Source: Candidatus Moraniibacteriota bacterium
GTDB taxonomy: Bacteria; Patescibacteriota; Minisyncoccia; Moranbacterales; GCA-2747515
Assembly (NCBI GenBank): GCA_027031495.1
Contig: JALVQA010000001.1
Location: 1-54,732, forward strand
DNA: 54,732 nt
Reading direction: 5' to 3'
Below, piece by piece: positions 17,776 through 25,957 of the stretch (position 1 is its first letter; each line of letters opens with the position of its first letter). The position numbers and the translations under genes are program-made. The notes beneath the pieces were generated by a model, which had not been told where the DNA came from, did no database searches, and saw only the letters and a list, made by a program, of their open reading frames with translations.

Positions 17776-18761
17776 TATTTTTTTCTTTGCTGTCGAATAA
17801 ATTCTTTGTGCTCCTGTGTCGTTAAACCACCGACAAGAGCTAGCGGCGCTTTGATTGGCGGATGTGATTGATAACCTTCTAGATGCGCGTGTTCTGGACG
17901 GAAGTCATCAATACTTTTCACACGTTCATCAATCGTCAGTGTCGGTAGTGGCAGCGGCTCGCGCGTGAGTTGCTCCTTGACCTGTGCGATGTGATTGTCG
18001 TAGATGTGCACATCGCCGAACGTGTGTACAAACTCTCCCACCTCGCGCCCCAGCACGCGCGCTACAATGTGTATGAGTAGCGCGTATGACGCGATATTAA
18101 ACGGCACACCGAGGAACACATCCGCGCTGCGCTGGTACAACTGTAGGCACACCTTCTCATGTTGGATGCTCAATTGAAACATATTATGACAAATCGGAAA
18201 TCGCAACGCCTTATCTTTCGGCGCCATGCCGTATAATTGCGGCGGGTTCCAGCTGTCCACGATGGCGTTGTGGCAGTTTGGGTCTGTCGCCAGTTCATTG
18301 ACCGCCCACGCGAGCTGGTCTATCGTGCGCCCGTCGCACGCCGGCAAGCGCCGCCACGACTCACCGTAAATACCTTTAAGCTCACCGTGTTCATCTGCAA
18401 ATGCATCATCACTGACCAGACGCTCCACAAACTCTTCTTTTGTCATTGCCGGCTGCTCGCCGCGTGCAACTTTTTCGCGATAGATGCGATACGGATAGTC
18501 ATCCCAGATATGTACGCCATTGCGCGCCAAATATGCAACATTACTCTGCCCGGAAAGAAACCAATACAGCTCGTGCAGCACACCCTTCCAGAACACTTTC
18601 TTGGTCGTCAAGAGCGGAAATCCCTGCGAGAGGTCAAAGCGCAACTGCCGCCCAAACACGCTGTGCGTCACATCTCCCGTACCGGCATCCTCCTGCCGCG
18701 TGGCATTGTCCAAAATATCCTGACACAAGTCCAAATATTGCTGCTCTGGATGGTTTTTCAT
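17775..18761 (-). CDS. thyA: Thymidylate synthase
   Basis: FPLLTTKKVFW, ELYWFL, IWDD, PICH (catalytic Cys), YQRSADVFLGVPFNIASY, GDVHIY. Confidence 0.98.
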   Translation of the reverse strand: MKNHPEQQYLDLCQDILDNATRQEDAGTGDVTHSVFGRQLRFDLSQGFPLLTTKKVFWKGVLHELYWFLSGQSNVAYLARNGVHIWDDYPYRIYREKVARGEQPAMTKEEFVERLVSDDAFADEHGELKGIYGESWRRLPACDGRTIDQLAWAVNELATDPNCHNAIVDSWNPPQLYGMAPKDKALRFPICHNMFQLSIQHEKVCLQLYQRSADVFLGVPFNIASYALLIHIVARVLGREVGEFVHTFGDVHIYDNHIAQVKEQLTREPLPLPTLTIDERVKSIDDFRPEHAHLEGYQSHPPIKAPLALVGGLTTQEHKEFIRQQRKK

Positions 18762-18766
18762 AATAT

Positions 18767-19312
18767 CTACTTCTTATCCGGATTAAAATTTTTCTTCCAG
18801 TTGTCACCATTAAAGCAACCCGTCTGCGCGTAGGATTGCGTAATCGGTGACGAGAGCTTGGAGAACGTCAGCTGCGCAATCGCCATCCCCGGGCGCAGGA
18901 TCATCGGCACGATGTTGAAGTTGGCGAGCTCCAGCGTGATGTGCAGGTAGTGCCCGGGATTGATGATGCCGGCGGTGTTGTGCACCACCAGCCCGATGCG
19001 CGCCAGCGAGCTTTTGCCGGAAATCTGGATGAGGTACTCCTCCGAGCCGACAAAATCCTTCAGCGTCCCCAGCACCGTCGCGCGCGGGTGCAGCACAAAC
19101 GCCTCGCCGTCCGGCACCTCCACTTCGCGCGTCTTGGGGTACACCGCATTGACCGGGTCAATTGCCTGTGCCGTATGCGGATCCGTCACGACAAACTTGT
19201 TGCCCAAGAGCACATCATAGCTTGCCGGCTGCAGCCGCGCGCGGTCGAAATCCCGAATCGTGATTGACCCGTCCTCCACCGCCGCGGCAATATCTGTATC
19301 TGAGAGAAACAT
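18767..19312 (-). CDS. dcd: dCTP deaminase
   Basis: LSDTDI, LQPASYDV, GKSSLARIGL, ITLELAN, IAQLTF. Confidence 0.95.
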   Translation of the reverse strand: MFLSDTDIAAAVEDGSITIRDFDRARLQPASYDVLLGNKFVVTDPHTAQAIDPVNAVYPKTREVEVPDGEAFVLHPRATVLGTLKDFVGSEEYLIQISGKSSLARIGLVVHNTAGIINPGHYLHITLELANFNIVPMILRPGMAIAQLTFSKLSSPITQSYAQTGCFNGDNWKKNFNPDKK

Positions 19313-19851
19313 TATTCTTTTACTATTTGTTTGTTAGCGCTATCCAACATATTTCCTTCTTGCACACTCTCCTGATTATTATCCTTAATAATTGGTGGTG
19401 CAGAAGAAGCATATCTGCCATCCTCATCAAAGATAAGTGTCATTGATGCGTGACGATCATTAGATAACAGGAAATAAATATTTACAATTGTCTTTCGGAC
19501 GACCCCATTTACCATTTTTCTCTGTAAATTTGTAACTTCTATGCGAATATCCGTTACATCACGAGCAATTTCTACCATATCATCAGACTCTGCTGTAGCA
19601 AATTGAAAGAGCTTGCCATATTTATTCGACACCCATTTTTGCTCCCTATAAAACCTTTTTGGATTGCGTGCACATGCTAAGCGCGACAAAAAATCTTCCA
19701 CAAAAGAATCTATGTTAAAATTAATGTCAGCTGTCGGGTTGCGACTATCCACAACCTCTACCGAGACGCCTTGCAACAATTCCTTCTTAGAATCTTGCTG
19801 CTCCTGACATGCGTTAACATCAGCCTGTTGAAGTCCTTTTTCAAAACTCAT
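19312..19851 (-). CDS. Hypothetical protein
   Basis: 179-aa AT-rich ORF whose stop overlaps the dcd start (TAATG). Confidence 0.7.
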   Translation of the reverse strand: MSFEKGLQQADVNACQEQQDSKKELLQGVSVEVVDSRNPTADINFNIDSFVEDFLSRLACARNPKRFYREQKWVSNKYGKLFQFATAESDDMVEIARDVTDIRIEVTNLQRKMVNGVVRKTIVNIYFLLSNDRHASMTLIFDEDGRYASSAPPIIKDNNQESVQEGNMLDSANKQIVKE

Positions 19852-19863
19852 AGCATTATTTCT

Positions 19864-20547
19864 TTACTCAATTACAAATACTTTGTCGGTACCGTAGTAG
19901 TCGCGCCAGTGCTCGTTGTAGTACGCGAACATCCGCCCCAGGCGGTCCTGCGGCAACTCTCCCAGTCCAAACTCCGCCATCAGCGCGCGCAACTGTTCGC
20001 GCACTGCGTCCACGTCCTCACCCTCAGGAACAACCCGCTCAAACTCCACCAGGTACCCATACCCGGCATTGCGGTCCAGGCACACGTGCACATCGTCTCC
20101 ACACGTGTACTCCTCGCGCTCGCGCGACCACTTTGCCTGGTACTCCAGCCCCGCTGCCAACACCCGCTCATCCAACTCGTCCAGCGACACGTCCACCGGT
20201 TCCTCAAACTCCATGCGCGCAATGCCGTTTGCACTCGTTGTGTCGTCAATCGCCGCCTTGACCACAAACAGCACCTCATCATCGCGCTGCCGCGTGCGGA
20301 TGCTGTGGTTTCTCCCCTCACGCAAGATCCGCGCAAGTCGCGCACGATGCTCTGGTGCTACGAGCGGTGCAATCTGCTTCTCCAATGCTTCCACATCAAC
20401 CGCACCGGTGAAGTAGTGATTGAGCTGTTTGTTCACACTAACCAAATCCGTACGGTATGCACTATCCAGCAATTTCTTCTTAAATGCATTTGCGCTCCCT
20501 TTGTCTCCCAGTAAACTTTTGATCTCAATTTCGTAGTGGTGTGTCAT
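19864..20547 (-). CDS. CYTH (triphosphate tunnel metalloenzyme) family protein
   Basis: N-terminal EIEIK (ExExK), QLNHYF, IRTR, RMEFE, RERE, CLDRNAGYGYLVEFE; start set at ATG 20547. Confidence 0.85.
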   Translation of the reverse strand: MTHHYEIEIKSLLGDKGSANAFKKKLLDSAYRTDLVSVNKQLNHYFTGAVDVEALEKQIAPLVAPEHRARLARILREGRNHSIRTRQRDDEVLFVVKAAIDDTTSANGIARMEFEEPVDVSLDELDERVLAAGLEYQAKWSREREEYTCGDDVHVCLDRNAGYGYLVEFERVVPEGEDVDAVREQLRALMAEFGLGELPQDRLGRMFAYYNEHWRDYYGTDKVFVIE

Positions 20548-20631
20548 AACGTAGTATGCTAGCAAATTATGCTCATTGTCAGTATACCACACGCCATGCG
20601 CTCCCCCGGCGCTCCCGAGAGAATATGATGG

Positions 20632-20688
20632 AAAAAGAAAAACCCCGGAGGGTGCAGTGCATATGTTACTACACTACACGCCCCGGGG
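20632..20688 (-). terminator. Intrinsic terminator after the lipoprotein gene
   Basis: Long ccccgg...ccgggg hairpin followed by TTTTTCTTTTT on the minus strand. Confidence 0.65.
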
Positions 20689-20702
20689 GCGAGCATCATG
20701 CT

Positions 20703-21875
20703 CTAAAAGAGAATATCCTTCGGTGACATTCCTCGCCACCAGAAGGTCGTGGCGCCGACCTCATCGTCAGTGTACAGCTTCTCAAAGAACGGCTGTACAC
20801 CAACGCGGATGCCGTCGTGCCACTCGCACGGCGCTGCGATGAGGCCAAATCCCGGCTCACATGCATAAATGGAAATCTCCATTTGCATCGTGAACCGGAT
20901 GCCGGACGCCGGATTGGCCCACTCGGCAAATGGCAGTCCCTGCATCGTCTGCATTGCCTGCCATGAGAGCGGGTTGGTGCCGGCCAGCTTATCAAAGATG
21001 GCAACACCATCTTCGTGCGGCTGGCAGACCTCGCCATAGTCAGTTACCAGGCAGAACGCGTCTACCTGGAACTCATACACGATGAGGTTGTCCGGCACAT
21101 CCAGCGTGTCGCGGTCAATCGCCGCAACTGCCGACCAGTCATCCAATCCATGGACAACAATCTTACCCTGCTTCGCAGCCACGTCCAAGCGCAGCTGTGG
21201 AATTGTGGCATCCATTGCCATGCAGGGGTCCAGCGGTTGCGTTGTCGCCACATCCAGCGGCAACGTAACCTGCTGCTGAAAACCGACAGCAGAATTGGTA
21301 TTCAGGGTGGCGATGACGCCGCCACTCTCCTCATACCTCCGCACATCCACACCGTGCAAGACCGTGGTGTGGATGTCAGATGCTGTCGGCTTCAACAGCG
21401 GGTCTCCAAGTGCGACCGGCGCAAAGCGTACCAGTGCACTAAAGGAGACGTGAGTATCAAAATAGAGCCACGTCTCCGTTGTCAGCGTTACACTCTCCGT
21501 CTCCGGAGAGACTGCGACGCTAACTGTGCACGTCGCATCGGTGATGGACTCATCGCCGGGCCACAGACCGACTGCGTCGGTTATGCCCCAGCCAACGGCG
21601 ATGTTTTCCAATACCTCTTCCTCGTCTATCCCTGGCAGGAGGAACTGACGTGGTTGCTGGCCATCAGCAGTGTTTCCCGCCAGGCGCACCACACGGCGCC
21701 CCCGGCCATCCGGTGTGTATGATTCCACACCGTTTATGCTGGCAGTCGCCGGCGCCGGCGTTGTCGTTGCCGTAGTCATCGCCTCATCCGGCGGCGGCAA
21801 TAGCGTTACACCACCGTCGCCACAGCCGGCCAGGCCGGCGAGAAGGAATGTTAAAGAAAAAAGAAAAAACCGCAT
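20703..21875 (-). CDS. Hypothetical lipoprotein
   Basis: MRFFLFSLTFLLAGLAG-C lipobox, P/T/A-rich linker, acidic beta-rich body; SD GGAGG. Confidence 0.8.
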   Translation of the reverse strand: MRFFLFSLTFLLAGLAGCGDGGVTLLPPPDEAMTTATTTPAPATASINGVESYTPDGRGRRVVRLAGNTADGQQPRQFLLPGIDEEEVLENIAVGWGITDAVGLWPGDESITDATCTVSVAVSPETESVTLTTETWLYFDTHVSFSALVRFAPVALGDPLLKPTASDIHTTVLHGVDVRRYEESGGVIATLNTNSAVGFQQQVTLPLDVATTQPLDPCMAMDATIPQLRLDVAAKQGKIVVHGLDDWSAVAAIDRDTLDVPDNLIVYEFQVDAFCLVTDYGEVCQPHEDGVAIFDKLAGTNPLSWQAMQTMQGLPFAEWANPASGIRFTMQMEISIYACEPGFGLIAAPCEWHDGIRVGVQPFFEKLYTDDEVGATTFWWRGMSPKDILF

Positions 21876-22017
21876 CGTTATCCCTCCACGGTTTGGTTAC
21901 CTTGCACAGCACTGACACCCATCTGTGCCAGCACCGCAAGGTACAGTATTTCTAACACACTCCTGATTTATGTCAACCCATGCCCGTGCATTATTTCCTG
22001 AAACGCACTGCATCATC

Positions 22018-22262
22018 ATCGCTCTGAACCTATTTCAGGACCTCATGTTTCTTAGTTGTCACTCTGAGTTTATCTCAGAGTCTCATCTCATGTCTCCGGA
22101 ATCCCGAATCAAGTTCGGGATGACGCTATTTTCCTGTCATCCTGAGTTTACCCGCCTGCCGGCAGGCAGGTCTCAGGACCCCGGTGTTTTTGGGAAAGAC
22201 CCTGAAATGAATTCAGGGTGACAAACTTTCTTGCCTGAGACCCTAAGATAAACTCAGGTGAC
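22018..22262. repeat. Cluster of six ~27-bp REP-like palindromic units in both orientations
   Basis: Consensus approx. GTCA-YYCTGA-N7-TCAGRR-YCYC; forward units at about 22018, 22057 and 22135, reverse units ending at about 22124, 22222 and 22262. Confidence 0.85.
22151..22170. repeat. 20-nt GC-rich palindrome inserted in the loop of a REP unit
   Basis: cccgcctgccggcaggcagg splits ctgagttta/tctcag, which is intact in the unit at 22057-22084. Confidence 0.85.
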
Positions 22263-22277
22263 AACATGCTGTGAGAT

Positions 22278-22318
22278 AAAAAAAACGGCGCTGCGGGGTA
22301 TGCGAACCCTGCAACGCC
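22278..22318 (-). terminator. Intrinsic terminator after nhaD
   Basis: ggcgttgcagggt-loop-accccgcagcgcc followed by a T8 run on the minus strand. Confidence 0.7.
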
Positions 22319-22337
22319 AAGGCTCATCAACCGCGCG

Positions 22338-23735
22338 TCAGAATAGTGCGCGATTGACGAGGAAATGGACCGCGATGCTGGCGACATAGCCGGCAGCGAT
22401 CGCCGGAGTCCACTTGAGATGCCCGAAAAAGGTGTACTTGCCGCGCGCCTGCCCCATCAGCGCAACCCCGGCGGCAGAGCCGATGGAAAGCAGCGACCCA
22501 CCGACACCCGCTGTCAGCGTGACCAGCAGCCACTGGCCGGTGGACATGTCGGGATTCATCGCCAGCACGGCGAACATGACGGGAATATTGTCGACGATGG
22601 CCGACAGCACGCCGACGGCGATGTTGGCGCTGGTCGCGCCCAGGTCGGTGTACATCAGCTCTGACACCATGCTGAGGTAGCCGATGAACCCGAGGCCCCC
22701 GACGCAGAGCACCACGCCGTAGAAGAACAGCAACGTATCCCACTCCGCCCGAGCCACATTGGCGAAAACATCAAACGGCACAATATCACCAGTTTGACCG
22801 TCACCGGCCACTGCACGACGGCTTTCGGTCTGTTTCAGGTAGTATCCAAAAAACTTCAGATACCCCAAACCTGTCAACATGCCGATGACCGGCGGCAGGC
22901 CCAAGACCTGGTGAAATGACACCGCCGTGGCAATCGTCGCCACAAACAGCATCATGATGCGCTTGGCGCCGCGCTTCATATGCACGGTCGCCACGTCATT
23001 GCCGTGCGGGAATGCCTTCGGTACCGCAAACGACATAATCCCGGCCGGGACGAGCCAGTTAACCAGTGCCGGGACAACAAGGGCGAAAAAGCCCCAGAAG
23101 TCCACCAGCCCCTTCTGCCAGACCATCAACGTGGTGATGTCGCCGAAAGGTGAGAACGCGCCCCCGGCATTGGCAGCAACAACGATATTGATGCAGGAGA
23201 GGGTGACAAAACGCGCATTCTCGCCACCGACAGCCAGCACCACCGCACCCATCAAGAGCGCTGTGGTCAGGTTGTCCGCCACCGGTGAGATGACGAATGC
23301 CAGTGCACCGGTTGTCCAGAATAGCGCTCGCAGGCTGAAGCGATGCTGCAGCAGCCACGAGCGCAACGCATCAAATACCCGCCGCTCCTGCATAGCGTTG
23401 ACATATGTCATCGCCGCAAGCAAAAAGAGCATCAGCTCGGCATATTCCAGCAGATTGTGCCGCACCGCCGCTTCGGCGACCTCCGACATGCCGTGCTGCG
23501 TATAGATCCAACCGATCAGCGCCCAGATCACCCCTGCTGCGATAATGACCGGCTTGGACTTGCGCAGGTGCGTAAACTCCTCCGCCATCACTAGTAGATA
23601 GGCGAATGTAAATAGCGCCAGCGCGGTGATACCCACCGTGTGGGTTGTCAGATCGAGCCGTTCGCCCACGCTCTCGCCTGCGAACACCGACTCGGAAAAG
23701 ACAAAGACCAGGAAGAAAGCGATTAGATGTTTCAT
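22338..23735 (-). CDS. nhaD: Na+/H+ antiporter, NhaD family
   Basis: EEFTHLRKSKP, ISPVADNLTTAL, NAGGAFSPFGDITTLMVW, SAIVDNIP, GGSLLSIGSAAGVALMG. Confidence 0.95.
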   Translation of the reverse strand: MKHLIAFFLVFVFSESVFAGESVGERLDLTTHTVGITALALFTFAYLLVMAEEFTHLRKSKPVIIAAGVIWALIGWIYTQHGMSEVAEAAVRHNLLEYAELMLFLLAAMTYVNAMQERRVFDALRSWLLQHRFSLRALFWTTGALAFVISPVADNLTTALLMGAVVLAVGGENARFVTLSCINIVVAANAGGAFSPFGDITTLMVWQKGLVDFWGFFALVVPALVNWLVPAGIMSFAVPKAFPHGNDVATVHMKRGAKRIMMLFVATIATAVSFHQVLGLPPVIGMLTGLGYLKFFGYYLKQTESRRAVAGDGQTGDIVPFDVFANVARAEWDTLLFFYGVVLCVGGLGFIGYLSMVSELMYTDLGATSANIAVGVLSAIVDNIPVMFAVLAMNPDMSTGQWLLVTLTAGVGGSLLSIGSAAGVALMGQARGKYTFFGHLKWTPAIAAGYVASIAVHFLVNRALF

Positions 23736-23742
23736 TTTTCCC

Positions 23743-23810
23743 CACCTCCATGGGGCTACTCAGTTGTTAAAGACGCTTTCTATACTGTCAAAAATAACAT
23801 ACTCTGTCAA
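23743..23810 (-). promoter_or_regulatory. Promoter, boxA-like motif and SD of nhaD
   Basis: TTGACA(23810-23805)-N17-CAGTAT; GCGTCTTTAACAA (23776-23764); GGAGGTG (23749-23743). Confidence 0.6.
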
Positions 23811-23881
23811 GAGCATGTTGAAATATTACGCAAAACAGCACAAGCTAATCACGGTGGCGCAGTTACAAATACCCGTGATAA

Positions 23882-24253
23882 TTAATTATTTTCTTTTGCG
23901 GTTGTTTTTTGTGTGATGCCTGGTTGCGTGAGAAGCCACAATAACCACAAGATCCCCACTACAGGAATAAAAACTGCAAGTTGCAACCACCCACTTTTGC
24001 CAAGATCATGTAGGCGCCGTGTAGTAATCGCAATAGCCGGTATAGATAAAACTATGCTGCACACGTACAGTAGAGGAATACCAAGAGAAAAGAGTGATAT
24101 TACATCGAGCAAAACTGCTACACCAAGATTTATAAGAATAAAACACCAATACTGCTCTCGTGTTGCGCGTCCCTCAAAGTCATCGTATTTTTTGAGAGCG
24201 TCTATATAATAATCAAGACACTTTTCTATAGATATGTTATTGTTCATACGCAA
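23882..24253 (-). CDS. DUF805 (YhaH-like) inner membrane protein
   Basis: KKYDDFEGRATREQYW...RRLHDLGKSGW..L.FIPVVG. Confidence 0.92.
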   Translation of the reverse strand: MRMNNNISIEKCLDYYIDALKKYDDFEGRATREQYWCFILINLGVAVLLDVISLFSLGIPLLYVCSIVLSIPAIAITTRRLHDLGKSGWLQLAVFIPVVGILWLLWLLTQPGITQKTTAKENN

Positions 24254-24295
24254 TCAACTTTAAATGATGTTTTTCTTATAAGAAGTATAACACAT

Positions 24296-25024
24296 TTATT
24301 TGTGAGATAGCGTGAGGTGAATGTCCGTGAAAAGATGTACATCTCTCATCTCGCGCATGATACGTGCTGGCGTTTGAGCTAAGGTTCCATCTGGGGCCAG
24401 TACGCGACTGAGCGCAGTACGTTTTTGTATACCACACGCATACACAATCGCATGGTTAACTCGCGCGCGCAAGTATGTCATTGTTAGTGTCACGCGCTCA
24501 GGAAATGGGTTTTTTCCTGTTGCATCATAGCCCACAACATCGCGCTGCGGATTATCAAATAACTGTGCAAACATCTGTGGATCCTCTGGAAATGGCATAA
24601 TTCCAGCTGTATGTCCATCCGGCCCTATACCAAGCAACGCAACAACAACACCATCTTTGTGTATGTTATGCCACGTATGGAGTACTTCTTCATAACGACG
24701 CGCCGCATCTGTGCGCGTTGGCGCACTATGTGCAATACTCACAAAATGTGCCCCACTGGCACATGCGTGTTTAGTTAGTATTGCTGTACGAACAGCAATA
24801 TCATTACGATCATCCTTGTCAGCGCGGTAGCGCTCATCCACAACACCGATTGTGACATTTTCCCACACCACGTCTTTTGGTGCGCGTTGCAAAAGCGCCA
24901 GCGCCGATCCGCCGGAAAGCAGTAACAGTATTGCGTGCGTGTGTGACTGCAAAAGTGCGTGATGCAATGCCTCTGCTGCATGCGCCGCTGCTGCTGCCGC
25001 ATCCTGTGCAATGACTGTTTTCAT
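24296..25024 (-). CDS. pgl: 6-phosphogluconolactonase
   Basis: LSGGSA, VDERY, LGIGPDGHTAG, ERVTLT; follows zwf-gnd. Confidence 0.88.
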   Translation of the reverse strand: MKTVIAQDAAAAAAHAAEALHHALLQSHTHAILLLLSGGSALALLQRAPKDVVWENVTIGVVDERYRADKDDRNDIAVRTAILTKHACASGAHFVSIAHSAPTRTDAARRYEEVLHTWHNIHKDGVVVALLGIGPDGHTAGIMPFPEDPQMFAQLFDNPQRDVVGYDATGKNPFPERVTLTMTYLRARVNHAIVYACGIQKRTALSRVLAPDGTLAQTPARIMREMRDVHLFTDIHLTLSHK

Positions 25025-25036
25025 ACACTATTTATA

Positions 25037-25945
25037 TTAGTTTTCTTCATCCGTGCGCGCCACTGGATGCCCGCCGAATTGTCCACGTAAAGCACTGACC
25101 ACTTGCCCCGTATAACTCGGGTGTTTTTGCGATTCTTCACGAAAACGAAGACTATCTTCAATCACTGGCACATCTACGCCAAGTTCTTTCGCCGTCTGCA
25201 CCGTCCAAAGACCCTCACCACTATGACTAACTTTACCACTAATATCTGCAAGATCTTCGCCATATGCGCGAAAAGCATCTTCAAGCCATTGTATCAACCG
25301 CGACTCAATGACACTGCGATGATTATAGACGCGCGCCACTTCCGTCAAAGCAATATTAAACGGTGCCGCTTTCATTACAGCAAATCCTTCAGCGATCGCC
25401 TGCATCATACCGTATTCAATACCATTATGCACCATCTTAACAAAATGCCCTGCGCCCGATGACCCCATATACCCGTATGCATCCGGTGCTGCAATGTCTC
25501 GCAATAGTGACACGTGCTTCTCGTACACATCACGCGACCCACCGATCATCAGACATGCACCTGTGCGCGCACCCTCCGGACCACCGCTGGTACCGACATC
25601 CAACATGAGGATGCCTTGATTAGCAAGGGTTTTTGCACGACGTATCGTTTCCTTATAGTTGCTATTGCCACCGTCAATGACCGTATCACCCGGCACTAAA
25701 TGTGGCATGAGTTCCATAAGCACATCATCAACAACCGTATGCGGCACCATTAACCATACCGTGCGCGTACCCGGTGTGCCCACGAGCACATCGGCGAGTC
25801 GTTCAACAACCATGATCCCTGCCGCCACCGTCCGCGCACGCGCCGTTGCATCAGGATCAAAAGCAACAACTTCATGCCCTTTTTCCATGAGGCGTGTAAC
25901 CATGTTGCGCCCCATTTTTCCTAATCCAATATATCCAAGTGTCAT
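25037..25945 (-). CDS. gnd: 6-phosphogluconate dehydrogenase, decarboxylating (short form)
   Basis: IGLGKMG, IDGGNS, DVGTSGG, GHFVKMVHNGIEYGMMQ, RGQFGGH. Confidence 0.97.
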   Translation of the reverse strand: MTLGYIGLGKMGRNMVTRLMEKGHEVVAFDPDATARARTVAAGIMVVERLADVLVGTPGTRTVWLMVPHTVVDDVLMELMPHLVPGDTVIDGGNSNYKETIRRAKTLANQGILMLDVGTSGGPEGARTGACLMIGGSRDVYEKHVSLLRDIAAPDAYGYMGSSGAGHFVKMVHNGIEYGMMQAIAEGFAVMKAAPFNIALTEVARVYNHRSVIESRLIQWLEDAFRAYGEDLADISGKVSHSGEGLWTVQTAKELGVDVPVIEDSLRFREESQKHPSYTGQVVSALRGQFGGHPVARTDEEN

Positions 25946-25957
25946 CTATTTTATTCT

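Noticed and set aside
22018-22262. Possible CRISPR array
   Set aside because: Units are diverged, occur in both orientations with irregular 10-15 nt gaps, and no cas genes are present.
21970-22387. Short ORFs over the repeat cluster (CHSEFISES, LPAGR peptides)
   Set aside because: They are translations of the palindromic repeats, with no start signals.
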